Made by a program: the position numbers and the translations under genes
Shown here: piece by piece, positions 11,826-23,403 of the stretch
Position numbering within the stretch: position 1 is the stretch's first letter
Layout: each line of letters begins with the position of its first letter
The notes under the pieces: generated by a model
The model's database searches: none
Told to the model about the DNA's origin: nothing
What the model saw: the letters and a program-made list of their open reading frames with translations, nothing else
Origin: Lama guanicoe
Taxonomy: Eukaryota
Reading direction: 5' to 3'
Assembly (NCBI GenBank): GCA_013239625.1
Contig: MU054220.1
Coordinates: 6,680,626 to 6,744,625 of the forward strand
DNA: 64,000 nt

Positions 11826-12324
11826 TTTATATCCTATCAGTTATTACAGAATTCCACGTGTATGCAAAGACCCATGGGGAAGTTCTGAATTTGGTGATAT
11901 TATAATCTAACAGATGGGAAAACACAAGTGAAAACCATCATTACAATACAAAGAGACAAAATTAATCAGTTGCATAAGAGAAGTGCACGTATATTTGAGA
12001 TTAGGAGAAAATTAACATCTCATTGTGCATATCAAGGACATAGATAAGTGGCATCTGATTGAGAAAGAAAGGGTTTTAGCAGGTCAGGCTGAGGTGTTCA
12101 ACTGGAAGGAATATCTGTCTTTTCTCCTTTCTCTTGCGAGTGACAAGAATATGGTAGACACTGAATAAATGAGGATGTAGGAAAGAGAAAAGAAGGAAAG
12201 GAGATGTGATGTGTAATGGAGCAATCCCCTGGTCATGGACATTTAGAGCTGGAGGAGTATAGAGATTATCTTGTTTCATGCTTGAATGCTCTTCAGAAGC
12301 AACATGGTGCCCCATTGCGGGTAG

Positions 12325-12764
12325 GACCTCAGCATATAATTTTCTTTTCTTTCCTTCAGTCAAGAAATTTCACCTTTTCAGTTAAAAGATTCACTTTACA
12401 GCTTCTCTTTGGCAAATCCAAGTTGTCAGCATCACTACTCTTGTGCCCCAGGGCCATTCTTAAGTAAAATAAGAGTTACTGAAACACAAGCACTGTGGTA
12501 CCCCGACGGTCGATCTGATAACTGAGAAGGTTACTAAGTGACCATCGGGGAGGATGCACTGAACAAAAGGATGATTCCCATCCCAGGCAGGACAGGCTGG
12601 ACTATGTGAGATTTCATCAAGCTACTCAGGATGGCGTGTAACTTAAAACCTATGAATTGTTTATTTCTGTAATTTTTACTTGATATTTTTTGGACTGTGA
12701 TTGACTTTGGGTAACTGAAACAGCAACATCAAAACCAGTGTATAAGGCAGGGGAGGGGCTACTG
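12325..12764. mobile_element. TcMar-Tigger non-autonomous element, MER44/Tigger7-like, one end truncated
   Basis: cagcatcactactcttg...taagtaaaataagagttactgaaacacaagcactg...gatttcatcaagctactcag...gggtaactgaaac...ggggctactg followed by TA. Confidence 0.85.
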
Positions 12765-14784
12765 TATACCACGGTCCCTTCCTTTCTTGAAGACATTGAA
12801 TTTCTGGATGCCACCACTGATTTGCTTTTAACAGCAAAGATCTATCTTGAAAGGATTTCTAAAAGAATTTATATGTATCCTTATGCCTGTGACTGGTACC
12901 CATTTCATGAGTTTTTAAATTGTGGTCATAGGAACTCCAGGGCATACTGTGTATTAAGGGGTAAGATTGTGTTCAACTGCTTATAATTTGTGTGGGTTTA
13001 TACAGTCTATTTAAAGGTTATTTTGCTTTACTTCCTGTGGTAAATTAGCCAGAATAAATTGGTATCAAATTAGAAAAAATAGCTACTTCACTGGCTGATC
13101 TGGTAGAGGATGGCCGGTGGCAGAGAGAGATGGCCAAGCTGAATGCCACTGAGGAGAGCAGAGTTCTTACAACAGGCAGAACGAGCCTCAGTGCACAGCC
13201 CAACGTGCACAGTGGCACTGAGGACGTACACACGGAGATGAATAGGAAAGATGCTGGAGTCTGTATTTTAAAACGTGGCCATCTCTTTTTATTGACAAGC
13301 ATTTGTCCAAAGTGAAGCGTTGTTGAATGTTAATATATGGGCCAAGATTACCAAGAACAAAATAACAGTTTTGACTTATGCTTCAAAACTCTCTAAAAAG
13401 GTACTTTCTGGAGCATAATTTCAGGGGAAAGAAAGGATCGAGTGATTGGATCAAACAAATCAGATGTTTGCAGTATCATCCAAGGACTGAGAGCCAGCTG
13501 CTTTGGAAGTCTTCCCCTGCACTGTCTAGCTTCCCGGAGGTGCAGGGGAAGGGCAGCCACCTCCGGAACCCATGTCCCTCCCCTAGCAGAGAGCTTTTGG
13601 GAGACAGAGGTCCTAGATAAATTGTCCAGCATAAGCTTCTGTTCACAGGATCAGCAAACTTCAGCACTTCAGCCCATGGGTTTCTTAATGCCAGAGGCAG
13701 TGTCTTTGCCTCCTTTCCAGTGGAGCTGGGGAAATAGTGGATCTGTGTTTTGCAAGTCTTGCAGCTGTATAGGTTTCTGTATTGAAGGCAAACTCCCTCA
13801 ACAGGGGAGGTCAATACAATTATTCTTGAAAATAAAAATCTCACAACTGATAGATGCAGACGAAATTTCTTCTTCTCAAAGGATATGGTCCAAATGTATT
13901 GCTGAGACATCTGTGAATACTAAATAATTCTAAGTGTCTTTTTTAATACAAATATTAATCACGAAGGCTTAAACTCTTCCCCAGCTAGTAATATGATACT
14001 CCCTTTGTTTACTGATAGAATTATCCTCTGATAATCTGTTGATTTTGAAAATGATTCTTTACAACTCATCCAAGGGAAACCAATATTTGTGAAGTAGCTA
14101 AGAGGTGTTAGACATAATGTTCAGTGTTTACGTTTAGTACCGAAGGCAATCTAAAATAGTGCAATTTCAGCAAAGAAAGCTGAAGCTTAGGGAAGTCAAG
14201 TATTTTGCCTAATACAGTATGTCAGAACCCGGAGTAAAATCAGGTCACTCTTTTCTCTGGAAGTCGAGATGGGGAAGACGGAGGGCTAAGTGCATCAGGA
14301 CCTTGTGCCTAATCTCTGTAGACCTAACATAATAGGTCCAGCTTTTCATAGGTTTTGATTATATGTATCAAGACTGCGCTCTGTTGGGAGTGAAGGGTAT
14401 TTCTCACTAGAATGAAGAGAACAATGTATGTGAACATGTTAAAGATCTCTCCATATGGGGAGATAGTTTTGGAAACAACTGCCTTCATCACTTTTATAAA
14501 CGGTTCCCCACCCGCTTGCACCACCCCGCCCCTCTACCAACTGAAGTCTGTTCCAAATGGTGAAACCCAGCTTATAAGAATCTGTGTAATGTCTGTTAAA
14601 AACTGAATAAAATCTCTCAGAGCCAACAAAGAAGCTTTGTTTAAATGGTCCCTAACTCAGCTTTAAAGCCTTCTAGTAATACAAGGATACCCAACCATAG
14701 CCAACAAGCGAGTTCTTAGAATTGCATTTTCTTTGGCAGGAAGGTGTTTTTTTTTTTTTTTTTAAGTGCTGGAATGGAGTGTAA

Positions 14785-14990
14785 TGGAGAATTATGGTTA
14801 GGAATATGGGTTTTGAAGTCAGGCAACTGAGAATTGTAACCCAGTAGAGTCATTTGTGTGACTGTGAGCCACTTACTTAAACTCTTCAAGCATCAATATG
14901 CTCCTCTAAACTCAGGGAGAGAAAACCGCCTGCCTGCAGAGACTCTATGAGCAGCACACCGAGCACAGCACCCAGCACTCAGTCACTGAG
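14785..14990 (+). mobile_element. MIR SINE
   Basis: tggttaggaatatgggttttgaagtcaggc...tgtgtgactgtgagccacttacttaaactct. Confidence 0.65.
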
Positions 14991-15029
14991 CATTTCCTGC
15001 CTCCAAGGAGTAAGCTACGTCTGACTTAC

Positions 15030-15390
15030 ACGTCACCTGATAGGAAACAGCTCCGTGAGGTGGAGGTGATTTTGTTACCAGTTTATATTTAAGAAAACTG
15101 AAGCTTACAGAAGTTTACATAAAATATGACTAAAGTCACACATATTTAGGCCATAATATGAATGTAGGTTTGCATCTACTTTCAACACCTGAGCTCCTAA
15201 GTGTGTTCTTATTCGTTTTACACCTGAGATCCTCCTGTCACCGTGAAGTACATTAAGTGTGTCTTTGCCAATATAGGAAATTAGTCATAGAGACTCTGGG
15301 GCGTGAAATGACTTGCTCATGGTCATGTGGTTGGTAAGTGGTGGAGCTGGTATGGGGACCCAGGTCTGTGTGATACTATTTTGTCTTTAC
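15030..15390 (-). mobile_element. Two adjacent MIR fragments
   Basis: aagaaaactgaagcttacagaagtt...; gtgaaatgacttgctcatggtcatgtggttggtaagtggtggagctgg...cccaggtctgtgtga. Confidence 0.6.
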
Positions 15391-15779
15391 TACTGGTAGC
15401 TCCCTCTCCTTTACTTCATTGAATTCTCCATCTGAATACGTTCTGTCCTTCAGGTTTCTTTCTGCAACGCAGACCCCACACTGTCTGTGCCCAGCATGAA
15501 TCCCTCACTGATTCCACATCGCCTACATCTTTGTAGAACCTGCCTGGCTCTCCCTGATTGGAATCCTGCCTCCCTCTGTCATTTCACCTCTTGGTGCACT
15601 ACCAACGCCTTTGGATACATCCTCCAGTGTAATGCACTACTTGGACTCCCCCGTGCTTGCCATGTTGTTTTCTGTCTTTCTGCATTGGTTCATACCTGAA
15701 TGCACTTACCCGTCTTGTCTACCCTGTGACTTCCTGTTCATCTTCCAGCACCGTCTCTGAAGTCCTAGTGCACAAGTAA

Positions 15780-16237
15780 AACTAGCTGCTCAAAGGTGGC
15801 AGCTGTCAAAGCATGCCACCTGGCCTGCTGCTGGGAACACGACTGATTGGCAGCCCACGCTGCTGCTTCCTGTGTCCACCAGGGCTCTTGCTGCTGGGCT
15901 GTGCTTCCCTCGCTCTGCTCCCAGCCAATGAATGCTGCTGGCTCGGGCCCATTCATAAGAAACACAGGACTCCTCAAATGGGGAACTGCAGCTCAAGGAC
16001 TTCCCACTGGCCTAGCCACACCTCTCTTTAAAATGCACTGCAGTTCTGGAATCTCTCCAGCCCAGCTTCTTTCCTTCCATTCTCCTTCACACCCATCAGA
16101 CTTCTGCTGTAGTCTGAAAGCTCGCCATTCTTTCTCTTGATCATTCCCACGTTATGCTTCACAGGCATTCCCAGTCCATTTCTGATGTTTTTATTCCCAT
16201 TTTAGTGTCTGCCTCTTGGTGGATCTGAACAAATATA
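15780..16237 (+). mobile_element. ERVL solo LTR, LTR16A-like, inserted in L2 remnants
   Basis: ctcccagccaatga...caggactcctcaaatgggg...gctcaaggacttccc...tgcactgcagt...cttcacaggcattccc...gtgtctgcctcttggtggatctgaac match recalled LTR16 motifs. Pyrimidine-rich L2 pieces lie on both sides (~15400-15770, ~16240-16440). Confidence 0.7.
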
Positions 16238-17214
16238 GCCTAAAGGGTGTCTTTCTCTACCCTGTACACGTACCGTCACAAATAAAATATCACATGTACT
16301 GTTTCACTTTTCTCTTGCTCCTAGCTAGATTATGAGGCCAGTCAAATTAGGAAAACATTGTATTACTTCTTTTATTTTTAGTCCTTCGCATGCTGCTTGG
16401 TACTTAGGATTTAATGAGCAGCTGGATAAATGAATGCTAAAGTTACGATGTTACTTCACATGAGTTTATTTAAGTCCAGACAAGCAGAACACTGTGTTTA
16501 CTTCTCAGCCAACACTGCTAGTCAGTGTGAAGTTACCTGGACATCAGTCTAGGGTCACAGATGCTAGGTTTGTGTTTCAGAGTACTGCCATTTAGCTTCC
16601 AAAGGCCCAAAATATTTTCCTGAATTCAAATGAGTTTTTATGCTTATGAACTTAATTTAACTAAAGTTGAAATCTTGAAGTCTCACTGAATATCTCTCAT
16701 CACTAAATGAAGCAGCCTTGATTAATCACTCTGAGCATTTCAAAATATTCTGTCAGTTAGCCTATATTTAACATAAGCATGTGTAAAATCTATATGAGAA
16801 CACTCATTAGTAGGAAAGTGTATTCTTAGAGAGCTACAAATTCAGACAGTAATTCTTCCTAATATTTCAAGTGAGGAGTAGGATATAGAACATTTCTATT
16901 CATTACTGGTGTATCCATTACAAACCTGTTCTGATCCATACAAATCAGAATGTATTAGAACTTATTATTACTACTTCTTTGTTGTTGAGTTATTTATGGT
17001 AGAAACAAAGACTGATTATATAGTCCATTTATAATTAAATTTGCTCTTCGCACAAAATTACACTGGTTTGACCACAACTGAAATTCTATGTCATTGCTTG
17101 ACCCCAGACACTTTCTTACTTTGTTTCAGTCCATTTTACATACTTGGGATCTCTTTTAGAATTTTTTTATATATGATCTTCTAAATATATTTTGGGGTTT
17201 TGTACTGTAGGTAA

Positions 17215-17400
17215 TGATAATAAATATCATTTACTGAGTGTCTATTATGTGAAAGAAAAATTAAGTCTTAAATGCTATTTTCCCCATTTCCCAAATGAGA
17301 GACTAGGAATCAGAGAAGTAAAATAACTTGGGGGTGATTGTATAACTAGTAACTGGGTCATCAGTGACTTGAACTCAGATCTGCCTAATTTGCAGACTGT
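17215..17400 (-). mobile_element. MIR SINE
   Basis: atcatttactgagtgtctattatgtg...ccccatttcccaaatgagagactaggaatcagagaagtaaaataacttg. Confidence 0.7.
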
Positions 17401-17679
17401 CTAGTCGTAGTTCAGCTGTCTAAAGTTTTGACTATGAAATTTGAATATTAATCTACTAAATCATAGAACTTTAATCTATGGAAGAAAGGAAGGAAGGAAA
17501 CTGAATGTATATTTTAAAAACATGTCAAAAGGAGACTGTGAAAAATGTAGAGGATGGTAGAGAAAACCAGAAAAAGGGAGGTGTGGAAGCTAGTCACTGA
17601 CAAAGTCCAAGCAGGAAGTGGTAAAAGTCTGATTTGTCATCAAGGATATGGGCAGGAGAACCTAAGACTGGAGAAACAT

Positions 17680-18070
17680 TTCTAAACCCAGTGAGTCAGC
17701 AATGTATGAACTGTGGACTTCTTGGTCAGATCGCCAAGTCACCATGTATCTGTTTCCTCTCCTGTAAAACGGAGATAATAAAATCTATTTCAGTGTTACC
17801 AGGAGCTTCAAATAATGGCATATTTCCATATACTTGTATGTTACATTGTGTGAGTCTAAGCACTTTGATGGACACTTTATTTATACTAGGAATTCACTCC
17901 TCACAACAACTCCAGTAGCTCAGTACTGTAATTCCAGTTTTACAGATGAGGAAAGTGAGACACAGTGAAGTGAAGCAAAAAAGTGATGGTGCTGTGGCAA
18001 CATGAGATTAAAATAGAAGCATACATTATATGTCTGCCAAATAGTAGGTTCTTTATAAATGAGTGTAATT
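17680..18070. mobile_element. Plus-strand MIR interrupted by a minus-strand MIR (~17810-17980)
   Basis: Plus core ctgtttcctctcctgtaaaacggagataata, then reverse core ccagttttacagatgaggaaagtgagacacag, then a plus MIR tail (gagattaaa...atagtaggttctttataaat). Confidence 0.55.
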
Positions 18071-20409
18071 ATGCACCTTGACTAATGCCCTTGAGAAGTA
18101 GAACCAAATCTGATGCATTTTTGTAACAAGGTAATCCAGCAAGTGGCATAAACAGAACTTTGGTTGGATCCTCATGGACAGTGCAGGTACTGTCCTTGGT
18201 GCTGGAGATAAGCTAGTGAACTAAACCAGCCTCTGCCTTCATGATATTTTCTTACTGCTGGAACAGATGTTCCAATGCCTACGTGATTGAGTAAAGGCAG
18301 CATAGTTACAAACCTTTTCAAAAATTATTTTCTGAGACTTTTTTTTTCCTGTAAATGTTTGCTCGGAGAGCTGCCAGAGGAACAAGACTCTAAACTTTCT
18401 CCACTTTACTGCATTTTCAGTGAGGACTAGGGGAATAAATTTGTTTCAGATCCTTTCTTGAGCCCTTTCCCTTTTCATAGAGATAACTTTAGACTCTGGA
18501 CTGTTACAGGCCCAAAGCTAGCTACAAACTAGCTTCTTATTTTCTGTTACATCTTCGGCTTTTAAAATAGTACCTAAAACAATGAGCACTGAATTACAGC
18601 ATGTTGAGTGAATGGATGAGTGAATGACTAAATAAGGACATTTTTCACTTTTAAGGCTATCCATTCCTTACATACAGTAAGATGATCCCTATGGGAAAAA
18701 AAACTAAGTATTTAAGAATTAATTACCAACTGGCATGTGCTAGGATTTATGTTTGCTTGAAGAAGATACAGCAATTTGAAAGTGGTTCTTAAGAGTCATT
18801 TTAACAAGCACTGAAGAGGTAGTTTTTGGCTACATTTATGTGAGCACCAGAACCACAGCATCTCTGAATTTCAGAAGTGTCATTGTGCCATTTTTACAAT
18901 TAAATCTCATTTTCAAAATTCAGATCACAAACAAGTTTGTAAAAACATTAATGTTCAAAATGAAGATGTCACTCAGTCTTATATCATGCCCAATAAATCA
19001 TGAGAAAAAAATTTTTTATGTTTTTCCATCTCATCCTTGTACATGGACACATATAGCATGCATGTAATTACAGAAAATATGCTATTTTGAAAAGCCCTTC
19101 TTCCATGTGATATTATATCATGAGCATGCTTATATAGCACTGTGGAATTATATGATTATCACTTTCATATATGGATAGTATTTTGTCTACTGGCCCCAAC
19201 CCTATGTGGCCACCCACTCACTCACCTTCAGTAGGCTTGTGGAATTTTATCAGTTCCCAGTTGTGTCTAAGAGCATCTATTTGCAAGAAAGAATCATTAT
19301 ATTGTAGCATTCTCTAGTTGAAGAAGAGCTTGAAATTCATACATTTAAATAAGTCTCTCCATTTGAGGATCAAGACACAGAGACTGAGGGGCAGTGGGAG
19401 GCAGAGTAGCCTGGTGAGAAGAATGGTGGAGGGCCAGGAGGACGTTCTTCAACTGTGATGTTAATTATTTGATCTGGTACCATCCCTTATCTTCTTTGTG
19501 CCTCAGTTTTCTCAAGTCTGCCTCGCTTAGATTATTTTGGGGGGGGGGGAATATCATGTTTATTGACCTAAGATTCCTTACCTGGCTCAAACTAACCAAT
19601 GGCATTTCCAAACCAATTTGTACAACACCAAATCAAAATAAATCATGTAATATGCTTACCATAAGATTATGAAAATAATAGTATGAACACGTTCAACATA
19701 GTCTACCTGCTGCTGTAATTTCTATTGTAATGATAAAGACTTGAATCAAGTCTCTACTTGGTGTGGGATAAGCGTATTCTAAAGCAATTCCTTAGTTTGT
19801 TATCATGCAGAGTGAATTAGCTATAGGGCTTCCCCATCCTTCTTCTGAAACTTATTTCTATGACAATTCAGAATCATTGTAGAGCTCTCAACCAGATGAA
19901 GAAAGGTCAGAGGGAGATTAAGGTTTTTTCTTTTCCATGACAGAATAGCTGTTGATCAGAAAGAAACTGTCAGAACTGGAGGAGGACCCAGGGTCTGCTC
20001 ATTCATCTTCACACCCTGCTAATAAGGCACCATCACTCCTGATGGAACATTCTCCAGTGATTCTTTTTAAGTGACTCTAGCAGTGGCACTTCCAATTAGA
20101 TTGATATTTGTCATAATTGTTTCACTGGCTCTTGGTAATCACAGAGTGAATTACTGCTATTACTCTCCAACATTACAATGAATCAATCCACAGAGGCAAT
20201 TATGAAGAGTGAATGACTGAGGACACATAGTAACTAGTCTGTCTCCAGTAACTAGATACCATAAGTAATCAGGTCCTAAAGAATTTTATCAATTAGTCTG
20301 TTGCTTTTTTTTTTTAATTTATTATGAGGCTTCCAGATACTAAACTTCTTCAGTTAGGTGTCAAAGTGACTGGCTTTTGGGAACTCTGCTGTATTGGCTC
20401 CAAATGATA

Positions 20410-20680
20410 CATTCTGAGGATGACAACATGATAACTGTAGCTAAAAACACAGTAATTGTATATTTGAAAGTCGCGAAGAGAATAAATTTTAAGTTCTCAT
20501 CAGAAGGGAAAAATTGCCACAATGTGAGGTGATGGATGTTAACTAAATTTACTGTGTTAATCATGTATATTGTGTCTGTATAAAAATACATAAACCAAAT
20601 CATTATGTTATACACTTTAAATGTATGCAGTGTTATATGTCAATTATATCTCAATGAAACTGGATAAAAAAAGAAAAACA
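20410..20680 (+). mobile_element. L1 (L1MA/L1MB-like) 3' end with A-tail
   Basis: aacatgataactgtagctaa...ttgtatatttgaaagtcgcgaagag...gaggtgatggatgttaacta...gttatatgtcaattatatctcaatgaaactggataaaaaaagaaaa. Confidence 0.85.
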
Positions 20681-20724
20681 TAACTTTGAATAAAAATTTT
20701 TTTTGTCACAATTGTGCCTAAGTT

Positions 20725-21230
20725 AGTTTCGCCGTTTACTAGTTGTGTGTCCTTGTACAAATTACCCAATCTCCCTATGCCTGTGTTTCCATGTTTAGAT
20801 AGGGATACTTACAGCTGCAACCACACAGGGTTATCTGAGAATTAGACAGAACAATACAGGCAATCCCTTTGAGTACTGCTCTCTATACAGTAAGTGCTCA
20901 AAGCTGCTAGATTTTATATATACCAGATGATTTTCTTCTGGTTCTGTAAATCAGGCAAATATAAGTTGTCTATTTTTAGGTGTTAATAATAGTTATTGTG
21001 GTAGAAAATAGCCTACTTTAGAATCAAAAGATCCAACTTTAGTCCTGAGTTCACCACAAATTAGCTTTATGAACCAAGACAGATCTCCGAAAATCACTGA
21101 AAGTGAACTGTGTGTGTAAAGTGGTAACACAATACATAATTGTATCAGGATTGGAGTAAGGCTCAACTATGTTGTATACTCAAGTTGTTCACGTCTTGTT
21201 GAATACATTTTGATACTCAAATAACATTTT
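20725..21230 (+). mobile_element. Two tandem MIR fragments
   Basis: tttactagttgtgtgtccttgtacaaattacccaatctccctatgcctgtgtttcc...; tgtggtagaaaatagcctactttagaatcaaaagatcc. Confidence 0.6.
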
Positions 21231-21319
21231 CTACTGACTGTCACATGTTATTTACTCTGCTTGCTTAATGAGAATAACGACTTTTAAAAATCTATACGTG
21301 AAAGATACAGTATCCTAGG

Positions 21320-22470
21320 TGGAACAAGGGCTTTGAAGAAAATTAAGGAGAGAATAAGGATAGAGAAGGGCAGGCAGAGGGTGCCCCACTTTTGATAGGG
21401 TAGCCAGGGAAGCCTCTGCTGAGAAAAGGGGCACATCTCAGTAAATAACCAGGGGAGGTGTGCGAGAGGTTCACCTGGATCCACAGAAGAGCTTTTCAGG
21501 GAGAGGGAGCAGCAGAGGCAAAGCCCGAGGGTGAAATGCACCTGGCATTTCTGAGCAACAGCCGGGAGGTCATGTGGTGTGAGCAGAGTGAACAGGAAGA
21601 GAGATCTGAGAGCTAACATGGGCCCGGCTCGTGTAGGATTTCACCCGCCCTTTTTGGAGAGTTTGGCTTTTATTAGAACGAGATAAAGCTACTGGAAGCT
21701 TTTGAGCACAGAAAAGACATAATCTGATTTACTTTTCATGAACTCATTCTAGCTGCTATTTTGACGATAGACAAAAGGAAGGGCTAGGGTAAAGTAGGTC
21801 TCTGCTGCGATGAAACTTAATGGGGGTCCAAAAAAAAAAAAAACCTTAACAGGGGTCATAGTGGCTCGGACCAGCATTGTAGAAGTGGATGTGGAGAAGA
21901 GTGGTCACATTTTGACATATTTTGGATCGGTGAAGTTAACACCACCGAAATTTGTTAATACACTTGACATGGAGTATGGGAGAAAAAGTGGAGGCAAGGT
22001 TTTGGGAATGAGAAAGTGGTAGGATGGAGTTGCCATTACCTGGGAAGAAACTGTAGGCAGAGCAAACTGGGGTGACAGGAAGCACAGTTTCCGATATGCT
22101 CATTTCAAATTGGCTATTAGAACTCAGCGTGGGTCTATCAGGTAAGCAAGATGGTGCCCGTGCAGAGGTCTGCCCTGAAATAGAAGTTTGACAATCCCAG
22201 ACGTAAGGGTGATAGTTAAAATCATACGGCTGCATTAGATCTGGAAGGGAGTTAGTCTAATAGAAAACAGGAGACGTTCAAGATGTGAGCCGTGGTGCAC
22301 TGCATTATTATAAGGCTGGGGAAATGAGAAAACAATTTCAGAGGAGATTTAAAAAAGTGTCATCACTTGAAGATGGAAAACTGGAGAGAATGATGTTTTG
22401 GAAGCCAAGTTTAACAAAAAAGAAGTTTTATTTGAAAAGATGTATCAGATTGGTATAACGTAAGGACTTA
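21320..22470 (-). mobile_element. LINE-2 fragment
   Basis: Purine-rich antisense L2 motifs (gatagggtagccagggaagcctct, cagggagagggagcagcagaggcaaagccc, gctactggaagcttttgagca...gacataatctgatttac, ggatggagttgccatt). Confidence 0.85.
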
Positions 22471-23317
22471 ACTATAGCATGACTGTGTCTGATTTACACC
22501 AAAATAGAGTAAGGAGAAATTATTCATTAGATTTGAATGTCCATTGTGTGCACAGGGAAGATGGTGATTAAAGGAAAAAGAACAATAAGAGAAAAGCAAA
22601 AACACAAACCAAAACAAAACAAAACAAAAAGCTCTCACAGATAAAACATCCTCTCTGCCTTTAAAGCTCAAAGGCAGGGAAACAGAATTAGGAACCTTGG
22701 TTATAAGTCTCATAATGAATGACAGTCAGTAGTCTGTGGGACTATAGATGAGGTAGCAATTAATTCGGAAGGCAGCTTCTGAGGGAAAAAGGTCATATTT
22801 AAGCTGGTTAGTAAAGAATAACTATAAGTCTGTTGGGCAGAAAATAGGATTGGACAGAAGGATAATGACATTGCAGGCAGATAAGATAGCACGGGCAATA
22901 CCGTAGATGTGTGAAAACGCAGAAGGTGTTCAGGGGAGGAGAAATAAATTCATTTGACTAAAATAGAGTTCGAAAAGAAAAATGGGGGCAAAATAGCAGT
23001 AGACACACCATTTTTTTCCTTTATGGAAAATCCTGCTGAACAGTCCAGTAGAAAGAAAAATTTGAAAAAGTGAGATATTTATCCAGAACCAAATATAATA
23101 ATTACTATCATTTTTTAAAAGGCCTTTTCTATTTTGGGAAAAGCCTCAAGCAGGACGTATTGTAAAGTGAATGTACATTTGGAGAAATATACAGAAATAC
23201 AAATTGTTCCCTGTAGGTTACTCCAATAGGTAGATTTTAATTTCAAATAATTTTGCTCGGGCTGTTTTCTAACTTCCTTACATGTAACGTTGTGTTTTAA
23301 CTTTATCTCTTTCCCAG

Positions 23318-23403
23318 AAATGGTTCTCTGTATTGCGAGGCTGCGAGATCACCCAGGGAGAGCGGGGCCAATTAAGCCGGACCACCTGACACGCTGAATG
23401 TAT
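23318..23403 (+). other. Candidate internal non-coding exon (predicted)
   Basis: Branch-like ttttaac, then ctttatctctttcccAG acceptor; GTGAGT donor at 23404 (alternative GTATGT at 23400). Locally CpG-rich; stops in all three frames. Confidence 0.3.

Noticed and set aside
13186..13223. 9-bp inverted repeat cctcagtgc/gcactgagg as a pre-miRNA
   Set aside because: The stem is far too short for a miRNA hairpin, and the repeat is isolated.
13442..13927. 161-aa ORF and overlapping antisense ORFs
   Set aside because: Non-ATG start, no recognisable motif, and overlapping ORFs on both strands in a mildly GC-richer patch are expected by chance.
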